Shown in pieces: positions 53,447 to 64,000 of a stretch of 64,000 nucleotides of DNA. Numbering within the stretch: position 1 is the first letter of the stretch; each line of letters starts with the position of its first letter. The notes under the pieces were generated by a model. The model did not search any database. It was given only the letters and a program-made list of their open reading frames with translations, and was not told the DNA's origin. A program made the position numbers and the translations under genes. The stretch covers positions 197,348,001 through 197,412,000 of the forward strand of contig NC_086097.1 of NCBI RefSeq assembly GCF_963921235.1. Reading direction: 5' to 3'. The DNA is from Mobula hypostoma (taxonomy: Eukaryota).

Positions 53447-56400
53447 AGATGAAGACTGGGTCAAGGAATAGACCTGCTGGATTTTTAAAGGCGGATGAAT
53501 ATATCAATATATTATTAATTATATGAGGGAGGGGAAGAAAGGTTAAAATTTGAGGAATATTAGTTGGGAATAGTGACAGTAATTTTTATATATACACACA
53601 CACACAATTTTTTTGTCACGGGGGAGCTGGAAGAAATACTGACCAATCGCTACGCTATTCATGTGTGCAAGCGTGGCAATTGCCACGACCCGCAAAATGG
53701 AGGGGGTAGTGTTGTGTATCTTTTCATTCACATTAGTAGGCGGGTGTTTTGTTATTTCTCTTTTTGTATTATATCTATCTTTTATTTCTTTCTTTTTGCC
53801 TGGATGATTGGGAGGAAAACACATAGCAACATGGTGATGTTCAAAGAGATTCCCCAAGGTACTATGAGAGTTGAGAAGCTGAGTAATGTTTTAGATTGGA
53901 GTAACTTTGTTAAGAATAATGACTAATTTATTGAATTTTTTGAGTTTTAATGTTAATAGGCTTAATGGACCGGTGAAAAGAAAAATAATCTTAACATATA
54001 TTAAGAAAATGAAGGTAGATTTAGCCTTACAGGAAACGCATTTAACAGAAACAGAACATCAGAAATTAAAGAGAGATTGGGTGGGTCGTGTTGTTGCAGC
54101 TTCATTTAATTCAAAAGCGAGGGGAGTAGCAATTTTGATCAATAAAACGTTACCAATTAGAATACAAAATGTAATAACCGATTCTGCGGGGAGATATGTG
54201 ATTATACACTGTCAACTTTTTTCATTATTTTGTACTTGCATGAATATTTATGCACCAAATGAAAATGATGCAAAATTCATACAAGAAGCTTATTTGAATT
54301 TGGCTGATGCACATGAAAAAATATTAAGAGAAGGAGATTTTAATTTTTGCCTAGACCCAGTCTTAGATCGATCAACTAAGGCTGTCACAAAATCGAAGGT
54401 AGTAAAACTAACTTTATCATTAATGAAAGATTTAAATTTGATTGATATATGGAGAAGAATTAATCCTAAAGGAAGAGACTATTCGTTCTATTCTAATAGA
54501 CATAAAACTTATTCAGGGATAGATCTTTTCCTATTATCAATGCATATTCAACACAGAGTGAAAAATATGGAATATGAAGCAAGAATATTGTCAGATCATT
54601 CTCCTCTATTAATGACAATAATAATGACTGATAAGGAAGAAGTGGCTTATAGATGGAGATTTAATTCAATATTAAATAAAACATCAAGATTTTTGTGATT
54701 TTATGAAAAAGCAGATCCAATTTTTGGATACAAACTCTCATTCAGTGGACGATAAATTTATAATATGGGATGCGATGAAAGCGTATTTGAGGGGTCAGAT
54801 AATAAGTTATACGTTTAAAATTAAGAAAGAATATATGGCAGAACTAGATCAATTGGAAAAAGAAATTACAAAATTAGAAAAAGAATCTCAAAGACATATG
54901 ACAGAAGAAAAATGAAGGCAACTTGTCAATAAGAAGTTACAATATGAATTGCTTCAGACATACAGAATGGAAAAAGCAATCATAAGAACTAAGCAAAGAT
55001 ATTATGAGTTAGGTGAGAGAGCACCTAAAATTCTTGCTTGACAGTTGAAAACAGAACAAGCTTTCAAAACGATAAACGCAATTAGAACAAGTGCAAATAA
55101 AATTACTTATAAACCTTTAGAAATTAATGAAACTTTCAAAAGTTTCTATTCTGAATTATATCAATCAGAATCACAAAATGATGTTAATGAGATAGAAAGG
55201 TTTTTATCACAAGTAACTCTTCCAAAATTGAATTCGGAAGAACAGAAGGGATTAGATATGCCTTTTATATTAAAAGAGGTTGAAGAAGTTTTAGGATCAC
55301 TCCAAAGTAATAAATCTCCAGGAGAAGATGGTTTTCCACCTGAATTTTATAAAAAGTTTAAAGATTTATTATTTCCTCCCTTTATGGAGTTAATATGTCA
55401 AGCAGAAAAAATACATAAACTCCCAGAGTCTTTTTCAACAGCGATTATAATAGTATTGCCAAAAAAAGACAGAGATCCTTTAAAACCAGCATCATACAGG
55501 CCTATTTCTTTGTTGAACACGGATTATAAAATAATAGCAAAAATTTTATTGAAAAGATTATCTAAATATTTACCAAAATTAATACATATGGATCAAACAG
55601 GATTTATTAAAAAGACAATTGGCAGATAATGTAACTCGGCTACTCAGTATAATTCATTTGGCACAAAAAAGGGAGGAGATGGGTATAGTAGTAGCCTTGG
55701 ATGCAGAAAAAGCATTTGATAGATTGGATTGGGATTTTTTATTTAAAGTATTAGAAAAATATGGGTTAGGAACATCTTTTATAAACTGGATTAAAACTTT
55801 AAATACTAACCCTAATGCTAAAGTAGTGACAAATACTCAAATTTCAACACCATTCCAGTTAAAAAGGTCAACTAGACAAGGTTGTCCATTATCACCTGCT
55901 TTATTTGTACTGGCGATAGAGCCATTAGCAGAACTAATTAGAATTGATCCAGATATTAAGGGTTTTAGAGTTAATAAGGAGGAATATAAAATTAATCTTT
56001 TTGCTGATGTTTTGATTTACTTAACAAACCCACAGCATTTGTTATATAAATTATCTTCCAGATTGGATGAATATGGGAAAGTATCAGGGTATAAAATAAA
56101 TTGGGTAAAAGTGAAATTTTACCTCTTACTAAAGGAGACTATAGCCAATGTTAATTAGCAACCCAATTTGGATGGCCGGTAAATGGTATAAAGTATTTAG
56201 GTATAAGACTTGATAACGATGTAAAGAATTTATATAAATTTAATTATTTACCACTATTGAAAAAAATTCAAGAAGATGTTGACAAATGGATGATACTACC
56301 AATAACATTAGTGGGTAGAGTCAATGTTGTAAAAATGAATATATTTCCTAGATTACAGTATTTGTTTCAAACATTACCAATACAATTGCCACAGAAATTT

Positions 56401-56589
56401 TTTCAAGAGTTAAATAAATGTGTGAGAAAATTTCTTTGGAAAGGTAAGATGTCAAGAATATCATTGGAAAAATTGACATGTAAATTTGAGTTAGGAGGGT
56501 TACAACTTCCAAATTTCAAGAATTATTATAAAGCAAATCAACTTAGATTGTTTGCGTTTAAATTCACTACTGCGAAGCCTCTTCCGGTG

Positions 56590-59500
56590 ATGCCTACACC
56601 GAAGAAGTTTAGATCCTCTCTTCGACGGGAGTTCCGTGAAACCATCTCTCACTGCTCCCCATCTGTAATTTCTTCGGCTCTTCAACTTTTCGACCACACT
56701 TTGACTCAAACTCGCTATCACAGCCATATATCCTTTCTTGGAACGTGCCTCCGTCGCCAACTTACTCCAGTTGGCTTTAGGATTCGTTTCCAAGCCTCTC
56801 AATTTGGACCTTCCGAGGATCCCAGGTACTCACATTTTATTGACTCTGCCTCTCGCCGCTTCTCCCGTCAAGCTCTGAAGGCGACGCTCTCCGCCATGAG
56901 GAGGTACTTGGTGTCCCTATCCCAGACCCTTCCACACCTTCGGGACACTTTCTTCGCCGTCTGTAATGGTCCTACCCGTTATTTCATCCTCCGTCGGATT
57001 CACGCCTGCAATCGCCGTTTTTTTGACCTTGTCATGTTAGGCAAAGATCGCAAGATCTTACATCTACGTACTCCAGAGCCTGCCGGCCCCGACGCTAGCA
57101 GGCATGAACTTTCAATTGCGGCTCCTGCCATTGATCTCGGCGGCTCCAACACCTCAGGACATATCCAAAACCCGGACTCCAGCAACGACCATGGACACCT
57201 TCACAGCGATTGCGCAACCACCAACTGCGTCTCCAGCCGTGAACTCCAGGCCGGGTCTTTATGTGCTGCTGTTGTGACTCCCGTCTCCCCTTCCCCCACC
57301 ACCACTCCGCAGCCCCGTCTTCCTCAGATCCCACCGTCAACTCCTGGGCCCTCAGAGGCTCCATCTTCCTCTCACCCCAACCCTCCCCTCTCCATTGACA
57401 CCCCCAGCCTCCCTCCTCCCCCCTCTGATCCCAGCTCTCATCCGTGCCGGGTCTTTACCATCCCCTCCGACCTTCAACTGTCGGAGGCAGAACGCTCTGT
57501 CCTCAGTAAGGGCCTTACCTTTGTCCCCCTTCGCCCACACCTCAGTGAGTTCCTTGTTCGCCATGATGCGGAACTTTTCTTCCGCCGTCTCCGAGCCTAC
57601 TTCTTCGGTAAGGACTCTTCCACCCCCACCGATGACCCCTTCTCCCGTCTTCAACCCTCCTCTTCTTCATGGACACCCCGCTCTGGTCTTCTGCTTGCTC
57701 TGGATCTCTTTATTGCCAACTGCCGATGGGACATCAACCATCTCGACTTCACCGCACCTTGTCCCCATTCCAACCTCACTCCTTCGGAACGCTCTGCTCT
57801 CCACTCCCTCCGCACTAATCCTAACCTTATTATTAAACCCGCTGATAAGGGGGGTGCTGTAGTCTGGCGTACTGACCTCTACCTTGCCGAGGCACAGCGA
57901 CAACTCGCGGATACCTCCTCTTATTTACCCCTCGATCGTGACCCCACTAAGGAGCACCAGGCCATTGTCTCCCACACTATCACCGACTTTATCCGCTCAG
58001 GGGATCTCCCATCCACTGCTACCAACCTTATAGTTCCCACACCCCGCACTTCCCGTTTCTACCTCCTACCCAAGATCCACAAACCTGCCTGTCCTGGCCG
58101 ACCTATTGTCTCAGCTTGCTCCTGCCCCACCGAACTCGTTTCTGCATACCTCGACACTGTTTTATCACCCTTTGTTCAATCCCTTCCGACCTATGTTCGT
58201 GACACTTCTCACGCTCTTAAACTTGTCGATGATTTTAAGTTCCCTGGCCCCCACCGCTTTATTTTCACCATGGATGTCCAGTCCTTATATGCTTCCATCC
58301 CCCATCAGGAAGGTCTCAAAGCTCTACGCTTCTTTTTGGATTCCAGACCTAATCAGTTCCCCTCTACCACCACTCTGCTCCGTCTAGCGGAATTAGTCCT
58401 TACTCTTAATAATTTCTCCTTCGGCTCCTCCCACTTCCTCCAAACTAAAGGTGTAGCTATGGGCACCCGTATGGGTCCTAGCTATGCCTGCCTTTTTGTT
58501 GGGTTTGTGGAACAATCTATGTTCTGTGCCTATTCTGGTATCTGTCCCCCACTTTTCCTTCGCTACATCGACGACTGCATTGGCGCTGCTTCCTGCACGC
58601 ATGCAGAACTTGTTGACTCTATTAACTTTGCCTCCAACTTTCACCCTGCCCTCAAGTTTACCTGGTCCATTTCCGACACCTCCCTCCCCTTTCTAGATCT
58701 TTCTGTCTCTGTCTCTGGAGACAGCTTATCCACTGATGTCTACTGTAAGCCTACTGACTCTCACAGCTATCTGGACTATTCCTCTTCTCACCCTGTCTCT
58801 TGCAAAAACACCATCCCCTTCTCGCAATTCCTCCGTCTCCGCCGCATCTGCTCTCAGGATGAGGCTTTTCATTCTAGGACGAGGGAGATGTCTTCATTTT
58901 TTAAAGAAAGGGGCTTCCCTTCCTCTACTATCAACTCTGCTCTTAAACGCATCTCCCCCATTTCACGTACATCTGCTCTCACTCCATCCTCCCACCACCC
59001 CACTAGGAATAGGGTTCCCCTGGTCCTCACCTACCACCCCACCAGCCTCCGGGTCCAACATATTATTCTCCGTAACTTCCGCCACCTCCAACGGGATCCC
59101 ACCACTAAGCACATCTTTCCCTCCCCCCCTCTCTCTGCATTGCGCAGGGATCGCTCCCTACACAACTCCCTTGTCCATTCGTCCCCCCCATCCTTCCCCA
59201 CTGATCTCCCTCCTGGCACTTATCCGTGTAAGCGGAACAAGTGCTACACATGCCCTTACACTTCCTCCCTTACCACCATTCAGGGCCCCAAACAGTCCTT
59301 CCAGGTGAGGCATCACTTCACCTGTGAGTCGACTGGGGTGATATACTGCGTCCGGTGCTCCCGATGTGGCCTTTTATATATTGGTGAGACCCGACGCAGA
59401 CTGGGAGACCGCTTTGCTGAACATCTACGCTCTGTCCGCCAGAGAAAGCAGGATCTCCCAGTGGCCACACATTTTAATTCCACATCCCATTCCCATTCTG

Positions 59501-59631
59501 ACATGTCTATCCACGGCCTCCTCTACTGTAAAGATGAAGCCACACTCAGGTTGGAGGAACAACACCTTATATTCCGTCTGGGTAGCCTCCAACCTGATGG
59601 CATGAACATTGACTTCTCTAACTTCCGCTAA
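56590..59631 (+). CDS. PLE polyprotein: reverse transcriptase plus GIY-YIG endonuclease, 1013 aa
   Basis: 'KPADKG', 'DVQSLY', 'QTKGVAMG', 'RYIDD', 'FLD', Cys linker 'CKRNKCYTC', 'VIYCVRCSRCGLLYIGET...RFAEH'; no stop codons. Confidence 0.92.
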   Translation: MPTPKKFRSSLRREFRETISHCSPSVISSALQLFDHTLTQTRYHSHISFLGTCLRRQLTPVGFRIRFQASQFGPSEDPRYSHFIDSASRRFSRQALKATLSAMRRYLVSLSQTLPHLRDTFFAVCNGPTRYFILRRIHACNRRFFDLVMLGKDRKILHLRTPEPAGPDASRHELSIAAPAIDLGGSNTSGHIQNPDSSNDHGHLHSDCATTNCVSSRELQAGSLCAAVVTPVSPSPTTTPQPRLPQIPPSTPGPSEAPSSSHPNPPLSIDTPSLPPPPSDPSSHPCRVFTIPSDLQLSEAERSVLSKGLTFVPLRPHLSEFLVRHDAELFFRRLRAYFFGKDSSTPTDDPFSRLQPSSSSWTPRSGLLLALDLFIANCRWDINHLDFTAPCPHSNLTPSERSALHSLRTNPNLIIKPADKGGAVVWRTDLYLAEAQRQLADTSSYLPLDRDPTKEHQAIVSHTITDFIRSGDLPSTATNLIVPTPRTSRFYLLPKIHKPACPGRPIVSACSCPTELVSAYLDTVLSPFVQSLPTYVRDTSHALKLVDDFKFPGPHRFIFTMDVQSLYASIPHQEGLKALRFFLDSRPNQFPSTTTLLRLAELVLTLNNFSFGSSHFLQTKGVAMGTRMGPSYACLFVGFVEQSMFCAYSGICPPLFLRYIDDCIGAASCTHAELVDSINFASNFHPALKFTWSISDTSLPFLDLSVSVSGDSLSTDVYCKPTDSHSYLDYSSSHPVSCKNTIPFSQFLRLRRICSQDEAFHSRTREMSSFFKERGFPSSTINSALKRISPISRTSALTPSSHHPTRNRVPLVLTYHPTSLRVQHIILRNFRHLQRDPTTKHIFPSPPLSALRRDRSLHNSLVHSSPPSFPTDLPPGTYPCKRNKCYTCPYTSSLTTIQGPKQSFQVRHHFTCESTGVIYCVRCSRCGLLYIGETRRRLGDRFAEHLRSVRQRKQDLPVATHFNSTSHSHSDMSIHGLLYCKDEATLRLEEQHLIFRLGSLQPDGMNIDFSNFR

Positions 59632-59925
59632 GGCCCCACCTCCCCCTCGTACCCCATCTGTTACTCATTTTTATGCACACATTCTTTCTCTCACTCTCCT
59701 TTTTCTCCCTCTGTCCCTCTGAATATACCTCTTTCCCATCCTCTGGGTCACCCCCCCCCCGTCTTTCTTCCCGGGCCTCCTGTTCCATGATCCTCTCGTA
59801 TCCCCTTTTGCCTATCACCTGTCCAGCTCTCGGCTCTATCCCTCCCCCTCCTGTCTTCTCCTATCATTTTGCATCTCCCCCTCCCCCTCCAGCTTTCAAA
59901 TCCCTTACTCACTCTTCCTTCAGTT

Positions 59926-59961
59926 AGTCCTGACGAAGGGTCTCGGCCTGAAACGTCGACT
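59926..59961 (+). ncRNA. Minimal type I hammerhead ribozyme
   Basis: AGTC-CTGACGA-AGG(GTCTCGG)CCT-GAAA-CGTC^GACT: full catalytic core, stem I AGTC/GACT, stem II AGG/CCT, palindromic ACGT stem III. Confidence 0.85.
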
Positions 59962-61657
59962 GCACCTCTTCCTATAGATGCTGCTTGACCTGCTGCGTTC
60001 ACCAGCAACTTTGATGTATGTTGCTTGAATTTCCAGCATCTGCAGAATTCCTGTTGTTTAGATTTATTGCATCTTTCTTTGATGAACAAAAACCGGCATG
60101 GTTTAGAATAGAATTAGATAAAATAGGAGAAAATACACCCGAAGATTTTATATATAAATGGGAATCTAAATGGATACCGGAAAAGAAAGAATCTCCTATA
60201 TTAAAATATTTGATTGATCAATGGAATAAGATAAATGTTGATAATGAAATAAAGAAATCTTTATTAGCAAGGAGACCTTTGTTCCAAAACAGACTTATTC
60301 CTTTTACAATGGATAATCAACTTTTATATAATTGGTACCAAAAAGGGATTAGATCTATAGGAGACTGTTATGAACGAGGTATATTGATGTCATTTGAACA
60401 ACTAAAGAATAAATATAAAATATCAAATAACACTTTCTTTTGTTACCTTCAATTAAGGGCTTACTTAAAAGGCAAACTGGGTCAAACAATGTTTTTGCCA
60501 AAACCCAATGAAATTGAAATTTTATTTCAAAAAGAAAAAATTTAAATTTTATTTCTTGTATGTATAATTTGATTCAAAAACAGACAATTAAACAAGGAAT
60601 CCACAAGTCAAAACAAAAATGGGAAATGGATCCGAATATTAATATTGATGAAACAAATTGGTCAAGACTGTGTCTTGACAGTATGACAAATACAATAAAT
60701 GTTCGACTTAGATTAGTACAATATAATTTTTTACACAAATTATATATTACACCACAAAAAATTAATAGATTAAATTCAAATTTATCTGATCAATGCTTTC
60801 GGTGTAATCAAGAAATTGGTACTTTCTTACATTCTTCATGGTCTTGTTCTAAAATTCAACCTTTTTGGATAAATTTAAGAGTCTTACTGGAACAAATTAC
60901 TGGAACTCAACTTCCACATAACCCTGTATTATTTCTATTAGGTAATATTGAAGGGATAAAACCGAAACTTAAATTGAATAAATATCAGAAAGAATTCATA
61001 AAAATTATATTGGCAGTAGCTAAGAAGGCTATAGCAGTTACTTGGAAATCTGATTCGTATTTAAGTATGAATCGTTGGAACAGTGAAATGGCTAGTTCTA
61101 TTCCACTCGAAAAAATTTCTTAATAATTTAAGAGATAAATATGAAACATTTTTGAATATTTGGCGCTCTTATTTACAAAAGATAGGATGGCATATTTAGT
61201 TGCTCTGATGATAAAGATCTTGGTTCCTTGGGGAAAGTAATAAATAAATATACTAAATTTATTTTGAATCCCATGGAGCATGTGGAAACCTTCCACTATC
61301 CAGGCAGTTCTTTTTTTTTCTTCTTTCTTTCTTTTTTTTCAGGTAGGAGTATATATCGGGGGGAAGGGTTAAGGGGAGGGGGGAGGGTAGACATTATCTT
61401 TTCATGTATTGACTTTGAAAACTCAATAAAAATTATATTAAAAAAAAAGAAAATTTCCAAGTCACTGAATATCCCTTGGAGTAAAGTTAAGTCAATCATC
61501 AAGAAATTGAAAGAATATGGCACAGCTGTAAATTTGCCTCGAGCAGGCTGCCTGAAAAACTGAGTGACCTTGTAAGGGCACTAGTAGGGAGGCCACTAAG
61601 AGACCTATGACAGCTCCGGAGGAGTTGCAAGCTTCTTTGGCTGAGATGGGGAAGACT

Positions 61658-62235
61658 TGTAACTTTCAGGTTCTGTCGGTTGTATAAGTCTAGGGAAGAC
61701 AATCTCTGGCCCCACCAAATGTGTGAAATTGAGATGCAAAACGTACTGTTTGTGTGGATGCTGCGTGATTTGTTACCCTGTTACAAAAAAGTACCACGAA
61801 ATAACAGACAGTGCACCATATGCAATTAAGCAATTTAGCTTTATAATTCTTAATTTGACTAAAGGGTTAGTAAAGAAAACAAAACGAAAAGGGCCCATTT
61901 TAATGAAACAGTCTAATGTGCACACTTTGGAGCTCACTGTTTCCCTTTCGCTGATCTTCCATCGATTTCCCCGGGCTTCGTCCATTCCTGGCCCCACTCT
62001 AAGTCCACTCCTTCCTGGTGTCTATGACCTCTCCTTCCTGGTGTCTATGACCTCTCCTTTCTGGCATCTTCTCTGTCCATCTCCCACCGAATAAAGGGCC
62101 CAGATCACCTCGGTGTCAGGTACACAACAAAAAAACACACTCCCCTCATTGAACTACTCACGTTCCAAAGCACCCATAATCTCTAACCATAACCCAAATA
62201 GTGCTTCTACAGAAAGACCATTACATTTGCAGTGA
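61658..62235. mobile_element. Probable partial solo LTR inside the Tc1
   Basis: Starts TGTAAC, interrupts the transposase and contains a 23-bp tandem repeat; the other terminus is not resolved. Confidence 0.4.
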
Positions 62236-64000
62236 AACTGCACACACAACAACTATTGCCTGGGTGCTTCACCAGTTACAGCTTTATGGGAGAATGGCAA
62301 AGACAAAGCCACTGTTGGGAAAAGAAACTCACATGAAATCTTAGCTCGAGTTTGCCAGAGGCATGTCGGAGACCCTGAACTCAGCTGGAAGAAGGTTCAA
62401 TGGTCTGATAAAATGAAAATTGAGCTCTTTGGCCATCAGACTAAACACTATGTTTGGCACATCATCAAAAACATACCATTGCTACCGTGAAGCATGGTGG
62501 TGGCTGCATCATGCTGTGGGGATGCTTCTCTGCAGGCTCTGGAAGGTTTGTGAAGGTAGAGGGTGAAGTAAATGCAGCAAAATACAGGGAAATCCTGGAG
62601 GAAAACCTGATGCAACTGCAACTTGGTAGAAGATTTATTTTCCAGCAGGACAATGACCCCATGCATAAAGCCAAAGCAACACAGGAATGGTCTTGAACAA
62701 CAACAACGATGATGAAGACTACGACGATGACGACTACGACGATGACAACTCAGGCCTCGGGGGCCAGCGTTGGGCAAATGGTTTTAAAACAACAAAATTA
62801 ATGTCCTGGAGTGGCCAAGTCAGAGTCCAGATCTCAGTAAAACTGAGAATTGTGGCTGGGCTTGAAAAGGGCTGTTCACTCACAATCCCTATGCAATCTG
62901 ACAGAGCTGGTGCAGACTTGTAAAGAAGAATGGGGACAAATTTGCGGTGTCCAGATGTGCAAAGCTGATAGAGACCTGTCCACGCAGGCTCAAGGCTGTA
63001 GTTGCTGCTAAAGGTGCATCTACTAAATATTGACTTGAATTGGGTGAATATTTATGCAATCAATTATTTTGTGTATTATAATTAATTTAGATCACTTTAT
63101 AGAGAGCTGTTTTCACTTTCACACGTCTTTTTCTGTTCATCAGTGTCAAAAAAGCCAAATTAAATCCATTGTGATGTAATGCTGTAAAACAATAGAACAT
63201 AAAAACTTCCAAGGCATTAAATATTTTATAGGCATTGTATATTAAATTAAAGCATGCACGCGGGAAATGGGATTAATTTGTGCATTCACATTGCAGAGAG
63301 AGAGAGAGAACACTGCGCACGCGCAGACAACAGATTAATACGTAGAGCCAAGTTGGGGGTGGTGGTGGTCATCACACTAAGCGAAATGGATCCATACATT
63401 ACGTTCACCACACACACTGTCATGAAGTATACTTCAGATTATCCATTAAGTGTGATTGGATACATTTGGGCACAAACTAATGTGAGAAATTGAAATAATT
63501 TGATTAGCTTTTGCTTGAATCGTCAATCCTGTTTAGGAAACACATCAGCTTGAGGAAGGAGATGAAAGCTTCGGGACCTTAACAGCATGGATGTTTCTCT
63601 AACATCCTTTAAATTCTTCTGTCTACAATTGCGGATTGAAGCTGTCTCTCGTTGTGGTCTGCTCCAGAGTCTTTTCCACTGCACTGAAGTGAACTCCTAA
63701 TAATAGGGCTCCCAACACAGAAGCCAGACTCTTATCAATTAGATTGCTGTATGTTGTAAAAAGTAAAGCTGGGTTTTCTGGCTAATCAAAACTCTACTCT
63801 CTGCTATCCCAACCCTCCATGTCTCATACATACATCCTTTTGATATTCAGGACCTAATCTTGATTTCTGAATGCTCTTTATCATTTTGATACAAATGAAA
63901 ACCTGTCATTCCTAATAGGAATTGGCTCATTTATAAAGCTGACATTATAGTTGTGGAAAGGCACAAGTCAACTGTTGTTTTTGAAGACATGGGTAACACA

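Larger units (their letters stand above)
56550..60057 (+). mobile_element. Penelope-like element (Neptune-type), apparently intact
   Basis: 7-bp TSD TTAGATT (56543-56549 and 60058-60064); single long ORF; pyrimidine-rich 3' region; hammerhead ribozyme. Confidence 0.92.
53919..61199 (+). pseudogene. L1 ORF2 (APE, RT, Cys-rich C-terminus), frameshifted and split by the PLE
   Basis: 'LQETH', 'GDFN', 'SDHSP', 'YRPISLLN', 'LDAEKAFD', 'RQGCPLSP', 'LFAD', C-terminal 'CFRC...H...C'. Confidence 0.9.
50621..61446 (+). mobile_element. Full-length L1-clade LINE inserted in the Tc1 transposase gene
   Basis: 16-bp TSD AAGAAAATTTCCAAGT (50605-50620 and 61447-61462); starts GGGGG; ORF1, ORF2, AATAAA and poly-A. 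Confidence 0.92.
50158..63237 (+). mobile_element. Tc1 transposon with long (IR/DR-type) TIRs, inserted in the Gypsy 5' LTR
   Basis: TA TSD; ~210-bp TIRs; transposase 'MKTAEHSK...GDGYKKISK|SLNIPWSKVKSIIKK', 'TVKHGGGCIMLWGCF', 'FQQDNDPMH'. Confidence 0.9.
43899..63403 (-). mobile_element. Gypsy (Mag-like) LTR retrotransposon, internally deleted, hosting nested insertions
   Basis: 5-bp TSD TTCAC (43894-43898 and 63404-63408); 3' LTR 43899-44104 with PPT 44105-44119; 5' LTR split at ~50131-50157 and 63238-63403; PBS-like TGGTGACAAG at 50121-50130; gag 'MAMASIGKADEFE' from 47837; protease-like 'ELNTGS'; integrase 'GLPEQIVSDN...HPATNGLVERF'. Confidence 0.85.

Noticed and set aside
56257..59631. 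The 1124-aa ORF as a novel cellular gene
   Set aside because: It is fully explained by a PLE inserted, with a TSD, into L1 ORF2.
40336..64000. PEG13-like imprinted CpG island, as found in a mammalian TRAPPC9 intron
   Set aside because: The CpG-rich patches I saw here all belong to transposons; nothing supports such an element.

Overview
Eukaryotic intronic DNA, most likely from a cartilaginous fish (inferred from the HE1-like V-SINE and the CR1/Penelope repeat content). It holds two coding exons of TRAPPC9 on the + strand (20070-20233 and 40183-40335); most of the rest is transposable elements: CR1, Rex1/L2-type and L1 LINEs, Penelope-like elements (PLEs), a Gypsy LTR element, Tc1/mariner, Tigger, hAT, a Harbinger MITE and a Helitron. 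The standout is a nested stack at 43899-63403: Gypsy contains Tc1, which contains a full-length L1, which contains a CR1 and a PLE, each with a readable target-site duplication (TSD). The innermost PLE has an uninterrupted ~1013-aa RT + GIY-YIG ORF and an intact minimal hammerhead ribozyme. It is inserted as an almost exact unit-length, circularly permuted monomer and happens to be in frame with the interrupted L1 ORF2. All calls were made by eye and from remembered family motifs; no database searches or alignments were run.
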